This document shows positions 1 through 11,010 of a stretch of DNA of 64,000 nucleotides, piece after piece. This stretch comes from Camelus dromedarius. Taxonomy: Eukaryota. Location: NCBI RefSeq assembly GCF_036321535.1, contig NC_087437.1, forward strand, positions 98,024,001-98,088,000, in the 5' to 3' direction. The notes under the pieces were generated by a model. It did no database searches. It was not told the origin of the DNA and saw nothing but the letters and a program-made list of their open reading frames with translations. Position 1 is the first letter of the stretch. Each line of letters begins with the position of its first letter. A program made the translations under genes and the position numbers.

Positions 1-3000
1 AAGAAAGGTACATTAAAATGATCACAGATTTTGAACATGAAATTAGCTGAAATCAATACAATTTGAATTAGCTTAACTGTATTCAAAAATTATTTACTCT
101 AAGAGATTGTGTAGTTATTGACTGAGGGTCTGTTTAGAAATACCCAGTCTAAAGATGGTAAGCATTTACAAGCTATAAAAAATATAAAAGAGAAATTGTG
201 TATTCATTTTTATTATCAAAGAGATTTTTAAAAAGCAAGAATAACTTTTTATCAGATAAACTAAACTGAACATTCTCTTTCACGGTTTTAGACTTAAGCT
301 TTTTTTTCCTTTTCAGTAACTAGAGAGAGAAAAAACCTTGAAAATTTTTTATTAGCTAACACATGATAAAAGAATGTACAGTACTTTTAAGTCTGTTAAG
401 ATACTTTTAAACATACTTAATAGTTAAATGTGTTAATTAAAACTTTAGGTTCTTAACATTTTTTTAACAAGTTTACTAGTCAACTGTTTCTACTATTAAA
501 TCCAATTAATTCAGTTTTTTTAAATCAAGTCAAATCATTACAAAGAGGCAAACATTTATAGTACCCATTGCTTTGAAATCATTAGTTAAATGGAGGAGTG
601 AAAATTAAGTTGGGAAAATAGAATCCATTTAATAAACTCTTCCATCAAATTCTCTGGAACAAAAACTCCTTTACCTCCAGTAGTCTTAAATGTCCACCAC
701 ATTCACTTATCTTCTGGGTACATAATAACCTTTCTAAAGTTCTCCCCAAGGGATATTTTAGTCATGCAGTGATCTCCTTGAACACAAGTAATGACAAACA
801 ATAAGCTAATTCTCAAAAAGTTTTTTTTAAGTCATTTTTACTACTTTTAAATGAGTGTGTTTGATGCATGATTTTGGTCCCCCTGATTAATGGTCACCGC
901 CATCCCAGCTTCTGGAGTTGTAATGTTTCCGTGAGCTTCCCTCCAACAGAGTTCAACCATTAATCCAGTGGCATATGTCAGCTCAGCAGAGCAAGGTCAC
1001 TCTTCTGCTTCAAGGGGAACCTTTTTAGAAATAATAAAACTGACAGAAAGTTCTTTTTTGCATGCTTTATGCCACCTGAGGTTGAGTGCTGCAGTTAATA
1101 TCATAAAGCTTATAAACATTCCCATCTCAGGCAGCACCCACTGACACTATGCTTAAGAATTTAAACGTTTTTTTCTTAGTAAGAACAGACATGTTTATGT
1201 GGGGCAAATATACTGTATGTAATCCCAAACAAGGAAAGAATAGGTAGAAAAAAAATAGGTGTAAATTCATGCTAGGATAATTGGAAGAGATGTTTGTGTC
1301 CTATAACTTCTTCATTGTCAATTACATTTATTTTCCTTTTGGATTTGGCTATATAAATATTCTAGTCTGCTGAGGGGTTAATAGTGGTGTTGAAATGTAA
1401 TAGTAGTGGTAGAAATGAACTCAGTTCTTGATAATTCCTAAACCTACAATATATGTTTGATAATAAAAGAACATTTATCTTTGAAGGAATTTTATTTTTA
1501 AAATTATAAGCCTTTGTTTCATTGGTAATGACTACTTTAAAATTGATAAATAATTATAGTTAGATTTTTATAATCATGATTTGAAATTTGTAGATGGCCT
1601 AATTTAGAAATGATGAATGGCTGGCTGTATAATAACTAACAATATAAAGAATATATACCCATAAGTATTACACAATTTATATAATGAATTTTTTTTACTC
1701 TTAATTTAAAAAATCTAAGTTGTATAGCTAGAACCATGTGAAATGTTCAGAAAAAATTTTAACCTGATATCCATACTAATGTCATATCACTATGTATTAT
1801 GACATTGATATAAGATAAATCTGCCTTCAATCTTATTTCAGGAATTTAAATTGTTAAAATTATGAAAAACATAAAAAAGAAACTTCAGTACGTAACTGTA
1901 TTTATTTTATGTATAGCAGAGAAAAGGTGGGGCCAGTTGGCAACTCAGGCCAGTCATTCTAAGAAGCTAGTTCCTTGGTCAGGTCCCCATGTCTAATGTC
2001 AGGCCCTCATTTTGACAGGCGAAGGAACTTCATTTCTCAAGCTTGCAGAAATAAACAACTCGAGGGGGAACTGACTCATACACTAAACTGATTAGATACC
2101 CAAAATGACAATATCAAGTATTGATTAGGTATGAGAATTCAACTGCCAAGAAGAATGCATATTCTTGTTGACTGATCAAAGAATTGTCTCCCCTTGAGAC
2201 AGAGGACACAAAATCGTTGTTGGAAGTTTGTTTGAATAGTACAGTAGAGTCACAGAAAGGTGGATTAGGTTGTATTAAGGGCTAGAGACACAGAGCTATA
2301 ATAGCCTGAAGTATATAGCTCACCTAAGTGAGCAAGATTGCTGAGCCTAATGGAATCTTTGCTTCTGCTAATATGGATTGTTCTGCAGACTCAGTGGCAA
2401 ATTTCTGCTCTCCCACTCTTTTTTAAGGTCCCTGAAAAGCAGCACTCTTTGCAGATGCTTTTTTTCCTTCAGACAGATTACATTACAATTTTTGATTACT
2501 GTTTTGTCTCATTACATTCTGATTCTAGGAATGATTACCTGGTTTTATGTGGGTGTTGCCTGGATCTTTATCAGTGACCCATTTACAAACTATGTCTTAG
2601 AGTAGAGGACTTCTTTAGATGACTAAAATTATCCATTAGTCATTACCTGAGTATTGTGTATATATTGGGAAACTACTATGTTCCATATTATAAATGTTTT
2701 TGGTGGTAGCCAAAGTGAATAGAAATCACATGGAATCTGAAAGTTAAGAGTTCAGGACCCCTTGCCCCCCTACAAAAATTGCAGTGATACAAATATGAAT
2801 AAGATATATCCCCTATTCTTGACGGTAACTTTAGTTGGAAGGTCATATTCGAATAAATTATGGTAAAAGAAACGATAGAGGTATGGAACAAGTACTATTA
2901 AAATAGAAAAGGAGAGATTATTAATCAAACATGTACTATGTGCTAGAAAATTTACACATGGTAATTAACTTCTCACATCAGTGCTATGTGACGTGCTTTA

Positions 3001-3329
3001 ACATATCTCCTTCTTCAAATAAGCACACTGAAACTCAAAAAATGTTTAATAAGATGTTCAACATCTCGTGGTTAGGTAGTATCAAAATGCGACCTCAAAC
3101 TCAAGTCTAGAAGACTTTAGTTCATGTTCCCTACTGCTCTGCCAGAATGACCTCTAATGCAATGCCTTGGACTAACTGGTGGAAGCTTTCTTGAGGGAGA
3201 GAGAGTCCAGCAAGTTATTAAAAGATAGATATAAGTTCCTGAGTTGGAAAAACTGGGCATAGAAATTCTAGCTAAAGGAAGCACAAATAGGAAAGCAGGA
3301 GAGTGGTCAGATCCACTGAAAGATGAGAC

Positions 3330-3596
3330 TTGGATACACAAAGAGAGACACCAGGGGTGCTGCTCTCAGTTGGCACCAAGAGACAACCAACTTAAGAGTC
3401 AGCAAGTGGTGGCCACCTGCAAGTCACAGAGGGAAGCCTGGAACAGATCCTTCCCTTTTGACTCTCAGAGGAAACCTACCCTGCTGCACCTTGATCTTGG
3501 ACTTCCAACCTCCAGAGCTGTAAGCAAATAAATTTCTATTCTCTAAGCCACCCAGACGAGGGTATTTTGTTATGGAAACCCTAGAAAATTAACACA
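3330..3596 (+). mobile_element. MaLR solo LTR, 3' part (MLT1A/B-like)
   Basis: Typical MLT1 3' end: accttgatcttggacttccaacctccagagctgtaagcaaataaatttct...taagccaccca...gttatggaaaccctagaaaattaacaca. Confidence 0.8.
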
Positions 3597-4609
3597 GACT
3601 AGGTGAAAATTTCCAAAGTTTTTTTATATAAGGGGAGAAAGGTGACATAGCCAGCTGTGTTGACAAATGGCTTTCTATGTGTAAGGAATCACTTTGTCTA
3701 CCACCAGAGACAGCTTAAAACCCTCTTCTATCCTTATTAATCAGTTCTTAATGGAGGACACTTTTGTTATCTACTAAGAAGCTAATTATCAATGTCTTGT
3801 TTCTAAAAGTTCACCTAAGTCCTTAACATTAGAAAAGAAGAGAAATGGATCAGTTTGGGAATGCTAACTTTGGAAACTTAGATATGAAGAGTATGGACTT
3901 CATTCCATTATTAAAAAAAAATCTGCAGGGATAATGAAACCATTTATCTCCAAAGCAAGGCAAAGAAAGACTAAAGAGATAAATGTCTCATTAAATTGAT
4001 TTTTAACAAATCCAGTGCATTGGTAGTCAAGGTAGTGACTTTATACTTTTCTTTAGGATATAGTATTCAGATTTCCATAAACTTCCTTGTACATCCATCA
4101 TTTCTCTCAACCATTTGTCTCCTGAACTTTCTATATATCATCTTGGCACTGTGCTTTTTTCAAATATAGCAAGTCTGTTTGATCCCAAACCTTTTGCTAA
4201 TTGCTTAAAATAAAACTTGATTACAGATTCATGTTCTGTAAAATGGGAAGGCTGAAAATACTTTGAAGATAATTTTTCAAAGCTAAAATTATTTAACTCT
4301 TTCAAACAATTAAACAAGGTGAAATAAGCAAATTATTAGTTTATTCTGATTTGAGGTGCTCTAGAAATGAAAATTAAATCCAATAGAAAATTGTATTTTA
4401 AAGAAAGAAGTAGAAAATATTGGGAAGTGGCACATCAATATGGGGGTAAGTTTCTGGTGGTTGTGAACAGAGGAATGAGGGCATTTATTGAAGTATGAGC
4501 AGCAGCTGGAAGCAAGAACTGTGCAGGGCAGTGTCAGCCTTTCTGTTTACCACCTTTAAGGCCCATGGGGTAGGTTTCTTTTTTATACATGGAAATGTAT
4601 ATGACATAT

Positions 4610-5295
4610 GCTAACAGATCCCAAATTCAACATCTTCTCAACCTCTAACCTACCACTCCCCTTGTCTGAGTCACCATTATCTCTTTCCCAGTTTCTGTAA
4701 TAACTTCCTAATGGGTCTCACGTCCCTGCTTCCTCCCTCACTTTCTTCAGTGTATTTGAAACACAAAAGCCAGAACAAATCCACCAAAATGTAAGCCAGA
4801 TCCTTTTCTTCCCTTCTCAAAATCTTTTAATACTAGCTCAAATCCTCATAATGACCTAGAAGGCCCTCTATCATCTGACTCTTTGTGACCGCTCTTCCCT
4901 TGTGTACTCTGATCTGTTGTTTCTCAGACACACCAGGGACACTCCCACCTCAAGGCTTTTGATCTTACTCTTCCCTCTGCCTCGAGTCAGATTTCCTCAA
5001 CCAGTCTCATGGCCAGCTCTTCATTTCCTTCAGGTCCTTTTTCAAATGTCTCATTCTCACCAAGTCTTCCCTGGCCCCGTGTTTGTCATACTCTTCCTTC
5101 TCTTAGCATTTATCGTTACTGAGCGTACTATGTATTTAACATATTCATCTTGTTTATTGTCTGTCATCCCCAGTAAATGTAAATCCTGTAAGGGTAGGGA
5201 TGTTTTATTCATCACTGTATTCCCAGCATATGGTGTATTTTGTCCATAGGGAGCACTCAATAGATATTTGTTGCTTTGAAGAATGAATGAATTAA
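4610..5295 (+). mobile_element. LINE-2 3' fragment
   Basis: Pyrimidine-rich L2 body ending ...ctgtaagggtagggatg...ttcatcactgtattcccagca...gcactcaatagatatttgttg...gaatgaatgaa. Confidence 0.8.
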
Positions 5296-5329
5296 TTTCT
5301 AAGTCTTTTGAAGAGACTAGTAGAAAGAA

Positions 5330-5640
5330 AAAATATCTCCAGATTGGGAAACTTTAGAATTCTTGATCCTGGCGCACATTCTATATTAGGTAAATCAGAA
5401 TATTTGAAGATGGAACCCAATCATCAGTATTTCTTAAAGCTCTTCAGTAATTCAAATGTGCAGCCTAGGTTGAGAACCATCAATGTAGACATCATTTCCA
5501 AACTTTAAAGTGCTCACAGAACTCCTGGGTATCTCACTGCAATGTATATTCTGATTTAATAAGCCTAAGGTAGGCCAGAGAATCTGCATTTCCAACAAAC
5601 TCCTGGAATGCCAACGCTGCTAGTCTGTAGGACCACAGCA
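5330..5640. mobile_element. Two adjacent MER5-type DNA transposon relics
   Basis: taaatcagaatatttg...aatgtgcagcctaggttgagaacca and gccagagaatctgcatttccaacaaactcc are MER5A hallmark segments. Confidence 0.65.
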
Positions 5641-7878
5641 AGTATCTAGATCCACATTCAACTCAATCCTTGGTGGCCCTGTGATACTTTTTACCATGGT
5701 CTATGCTCCATTTCCTTCTAACTTACCTTACTTGGTTTTAAGTTTTTAAGTATTTCCTTTAAATACTTCTTGGAAAACAAATATGACATTAATACTGACT
5801 AAATACATAAGTGAAGAGAACCTTTTGAGAGATTTTTTTAGATGCACGGTGGGTAATAACCAAAAGTAAAAATAAACATTTAGTTACACCCACCATTTTT
5901 TTAATGGGAAAAATGGATTTAAAATAGTACCTACATTGTATATTATACTTCTAACTTGGGGTCATTTTGTTTGAAAACTGAAAACATTCAACTGAATTCA
6001 CGTAAATTAAAGTCTTAAAATTGTACCTCAGACAAAGAAGCAGAAGGAAGTAGCAGGGGGAAACCCACAGGTTTAGAAGAAAAGCTGTCCCATATAATCC
6101 TAATTCAATCTTTTTTTTTTTTTTTTGGCTAGCTATGATATCTTGAGCAAAATATTTCACATCTACAGGACTTCTTTCCTTTTCTATAAATTAGAGAGTG
6201 GGAAGGGGGGGAATGCCATAAGCCCCTTGTGCAAGCACTTGGCCTAATGGAAGCACCACTTCATAGAAACACTACTTCTATTTTCTTATACCTGGTGAGA
6301 CAAGAGTTAAAAATGTATCTTAACAGTCTTGATAGAAAAAGCAATGAAGAAAGCTCTTTAATGCCACAACTATGTGTCATCCTTGTCTAGGAGCATAAAT
6401 TTGCACAGCGGGCAGTGCAGTGAAAACAGCTCATAATCAACTCATCACCTCTCATCATTGCTAGGATCAAATGCAAATGGGAAAGAATGCCACTTCAGTC
6501 ATTGCTAGTGAAAATTAGCATCTGTGACACTAATGGTGTCTCATTTAGTATGCACTTTAGATTTTAAAAAATGGTTTTAAAAAAAAGCTATTTTTTTAAA
6601 GAACTGCCATTATTCCAATGTTTCCCTTTAAAATAACGGTGGTATTTGAATCTCCTTTACTCAAAGAAATACCTCAGTTAAAATTTATTAACACAGATGA
6701 TGAATCCCTGCCCAATAAAGGCTGACCTGTTCTAATTACAGTTGCAGACCTTCGTTTGTAAGGTCTGTTCCTTTTCTGTTTTCAAAATTTCTACCGTATT
6801 CCCTGACCTGGAACAAAGGTGTACTTGTTACTTAACAATAGGCCTCTCTAGGGATTCTTATGCAACATTCGCTTTATTGGAGTTCTTCTTAAAATAAAAC
6901 TTAAAAATGAATTATAGTTGTATTTACACACATGCATACAAACTTTCTTATGTATACACTAACAAGTTCGCTACCAAGAATAATGAAAATACATAGTATT
7001 GGTCAGTATTCATACTTGAACCAGGTTATATACAGTATAATTAAGAAACTCCTTTCACTTTACAAATATTTATTAAGAGCCTACTGCATTAAAGGTGTTA
7101 TGCTAGGTGCAGGAGGGAGATACATGCTTACACTTATCTCAATACTAAGTCATGATTTTTTTTTGAAGTTTGAACATTTGAATACTAAGAAAGTTATTCT
7201 TATTGTTGTTTTACAACTGTAAGTGTTGAAGCTTGGGTGGACACCTAGAGGATTTTGTAGGTGGAATTTTTTCATTTAATCAGAGACAGGAATGGAGGAC
7301 CTCTAAATTTCTTTCCAACTTACAGATGCTCTTAAAGATATGTTCTTCTGGTTTCCTTAAAATTTAGCTGGAAATTAAGACAGAAATGGAAATAATATCT
7401 ACAGTCCCTATGCTTGTAATTGCAGCATGGTAATTAAGAACAGGAGTACTGGAAAATGACATATGTATCTCACACTACATAGTTTTATTTTTCATCTAAC
7501 TATGTCAGCTCAAGTTAACTAACCTTCTCTATGCCTTCTCGTGTATAATGCTAAATAAGAGTTGTTCTCTCACAGAATTGTTACAAATATTAATAGATTA
7601 GTGTACAGAAAGCTCTAAACATAGTCACTGGTATGTAATCTCACAGTAAATATAGAAAACAGAAACATTTTAGTTGGAAAAGAGTTAAGGAAAATTATGT
7701 TCTATAATTTAGGCATTTAATAGAGTGTAATAAGATCATATCTGCTGAATTCTGAATCCTAGATATGCTTAAATATTTTTAAAAATCACTATCAGTAATG
7801 GACACTAGTGATGAGAAGGTAAAAACAAACTTCAAGAAGGAAAGTACAGTACCTTGCAAGTATGTTAAGCAAAGCTAT

Positions 7879-7960
7879 TGTTTTTAAATGGAGGTACTAG
7901 GGATTGAACCCAGGATCTTGCTAAGCATGCATTCTACCACTAACTTCTACCCCTGCCTCC
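7879..7960 (-). mobile_element. tRNA-derived SINE (Vic-1-like)
   Basis: Reverse complement of a tRNA-like head with B-box GGTTCAATCCC and an A tail. An 11-bp TSD agcaaagctat sits at 7868-7878 and 7961-7971. Confidence 0.85.
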
Positions 7961-10702
7961 AGCAAAGCTATATTTGATTGACTAATCTAAATGTAGAATA
8001 CTTAACCCTTATTTATCAAATTTCTTTCTTAATTTGGATTTTACCCATACCCCATAGAGAGTTCTGAAACACAAATTATAAGTTTCCCGTATGGAGTATC
8101 TCTGGTCACTTCTTCTTAACCTACAGTATGAACCTCTTATAATACATATGAATGCTATTTGTCCTATTTATGAGCTATTTGAAGGAAAGAACTGATAGCA
8201 AAAATGGAAAAACAGAAGACATATGAATAAATTATTGAGGGTAAAACTGTATTTTAATGTGTGTTTTGATTTATATTTTTCATTTATGTACATGTTTATT
8301 GATCAGTCTTGTGAATATAAGAAAATAATCAATTATTTTGTATGTAGACTCATAAAATCCATTGCTACATTTTATATCCATGAATGTTTTTAACCTTCTC
8401 ACAACCGTAGTACATATTTTTAAAAAACTAATAGCGAAGTCCTTCTCTATATATTTCCTTTTCAAATGAACAGTTTCATAATTTTCATTTGAGGAGCAAT
8501 GTTAGGTATAATATGCATTCACCATTTGAATTGCGTATTAGGTCACCTGAACTACAACTCATAGGAGTTAACATGAACTGCACATTAAATAATGTTTCCC
8601 TCATTTTTAAAGTTGTTGCTTTTTACCTACTTTAGTACTTACAGTTAAAAAAACTCTCTCAGAAATTCTGAAAGAGTGAAACATACACAGGAGTGTATGT
8701 TTCTGGGTCAGAGGTGTGAACAACTGTCTGGTAGGTAGTTAGTCAGTGTAGACAGTGATTCCCTGTATTTCAGACTGATTTCTCGATGGTTCTACTGTGT
8801 CTTTCTAGACACAGGCCCTGTGTTCCCTTCTAGTGGATGAAAGGATTTGCAGTCCTCATTCTACTAGCCATTTATTTGTAGGAATCATCATGACATCCAT
8901 CAATGCCGTCTCTTAGGGATTTGGTTCTTTCTCTATAAAATACACAAAGATAACTACCCAGTAAAAGTGAATTAAAGCAAAGTTGTTTCTAAGACATAAT
9001 TCGAATAATTGGAAAATATTATCTTCATATTAAAAGGAAAGGATTTGGAAGATCTGAAAAGTATGAAAAGCACACTTGTACATATACATCCACATATCTC
9101 TTTAAATTCATGTATTATGAAACCATCCATCTAAAGAAAATGGGAATTTATTCACAACAAAAATTAATGTTTCCAATGTGACTATTTTCTGTGATATATT
9201 TTATTCCCAGATGCATACTTTATCAAATATATTTTTACTTTTATGAGTAAGTCAATAAGGTGAACAATACTCCACTTGTATTACAATAGTTCCTGCAGTC
9301 AAGGCAAGTGATGATTATAGACTAAAGTGTCATTTTGAAAGTAGTTCAATGACATTAGTATGATGGTAGATCACAATATATGCAGTTCTTATGAGGTACT
9401 CTAAATTTTAAATACTTGGAGGAGAACCACTGCTTCATATTTTGTGCTCTCCCTGAAACCTACTATTGTCAACTCACTATTGGTTGCATTTAACCAAGCA
9501 AACTTTGTGTAAAATTAATCTTAAATAGAAAGGTAAATGATGCCTTTGAAAACTTTGTTGTACTCTTTGGGAACTGTTACCTTGACTTTTTATTATATTA
9601 GGGAAAGAGGCAGAAATCATGATGCATTATCCAGCTGTATTTTTAACTAGAGATGCTTGGCTGTCCTTTATCAGATCTTTGTATCAGAAAGAATTAATAT
9701 TACAAATCATTTATTCTTAGTTTCCAAAGATTAGACATGATTTTTTTTTAGTTTCCTTCAGAGAGGTTGTATAGTATCTTGCAAAGAGTTATAAAATATT
9801 GGCCATTGTTCAATGCCACAACAATTCAAAATTTCACAATCAGTTCCCAACTCCTTTCTCTTGGAATGGGTGCCAAGCAAATAAAAACCAATAATAGATA
9901 ATCAGTCCTCTAAAAAGACATCTGGACTTACTCGTCATTTATTGACAAGCAGATATAAAATGTTATTTACCTAAGAAACTTTAAAAATGTACAAATTTTG
10001 GAAAAATTCTCTGATACCAGTATTTCATAGATATTTTCTTTTATGTTATTAATGAAACTAATTTAAAATTCTACAATAGAATCTAAACTTTGTTATCTCA
10101 TACCCTATTTTTTAAGTAGTAATTATTTTCAAGACAAAGAATAGAATAACAGCTCTAAATAAAACAGATTGACAAATCTATAAATATATGGGGTCTTGAT
10201 GCTTCTCAAAACACAACCCAATCCTCTCTCTAGTAATGGTGTTAATTCAAGCGAGAGAGAGAGAGTAGGAAAAATAACCTCTACAACAAGTTATCATATT
10301 TTAGTTTGAAAAAATTAAAAAAAAATTTAATCAAAACATCTCAATTTTACAGCCTTCTCATAGTGAAATGTATTATAAATAGCTGAGAATTTAAGAGATA
10401 AAATGCATTTGGTAGGTTGTTAGACATAAACAACTTTATAGTTATTAAAAATGTATACAAGGATTTCATAATATCAGCCTTTCAAGCAGAGACTACCAAA
10501 TTGATTTCCCTAAAGCTGATGATATGAGCTCAAAGTTTGGTTACAGATGTAAATAATCAAGTCTGCTCTATAAGATAAATTTACAGAGACAGTAATTGTC
10601 AGGTATTATTTAACACGTAACCTTGCAGTTCAATTTTTTCCATACTTGCCACTAGGCAGTCAGCCCTATGGTCGAATTGTGCCTGACATATTAGAACAGT
10701 AC

Positions 10703-10708
10703 GTGTGT

Positions 10709-10748
<40 letters not shown>
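10703..10748. repeat. (TG)n microsatellite, ~23 units with one interruption
   Basis: Directly visible. Confidence 0.97.
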
Positions 10749-10750
<2 letters not shown>

Positions 10751-10798
10751 TCTATTAAATAGTTTGGTTTTGTTTGACTGTGTATGAAATTACCTTAC

Positions 10799-10855
10799 CT
10801 TTGGTTTTTGATGTTTCTCCTTCTCTGAAACATTGGATGGCTTTCTCTTCAGCAT
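10799..10855 (-). CDS. SAMSN1: SAMSN1 (SLy2/HACS1) canonical coding exon 1, MLKRKPSNVSEKEKHQKPK
   Basis: The minus strand reads ATG CTG AAG AGA AAG CCA TCC AAT GTT TCA GAG AAG GAG AAA CAT CAA AAA CCA AAG|gtaagg: 57 nt with a phase-0 donor. The peptide matches the SAMSN1 N-terminus as I recall it. The next exon (RSSSFGNF...) was not seen, so the gene continues past position 1. Confidence 0.96.
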
Positions 10856-11010
10856 TTTGAATTGAGACTACTCCAAGCAGGAGCACTTTCTGTTGTTACA
10901 GAAACGACGACGGCAGGCAGCAGTATGCTGTCTATGATGTGCAGCCACAGATAAGTTTGAGCCCAGTAACCTGCCACTTCCTCTTTTGGTCCGGATATGA
11001 CTTCACATCT
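10856..11010 (-). promoter_or_regulatory. SAMSN1: 5'UTR / proximal promoter of canonical SAMSN1 transcript
   Basis: Lies directly upstream of the ATG. Contains a PU.1/ETS consensus AAAAGAGGAAGTG (minus, 10975-10987), GATA AGATAAG (10949-10955), RUNX-like TGTGGC (minus, 10944-10949) and CRE-like TGACTTCA (10998-11005). The exact TSS cannot be determined from sequence. Confidence 0.7.
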
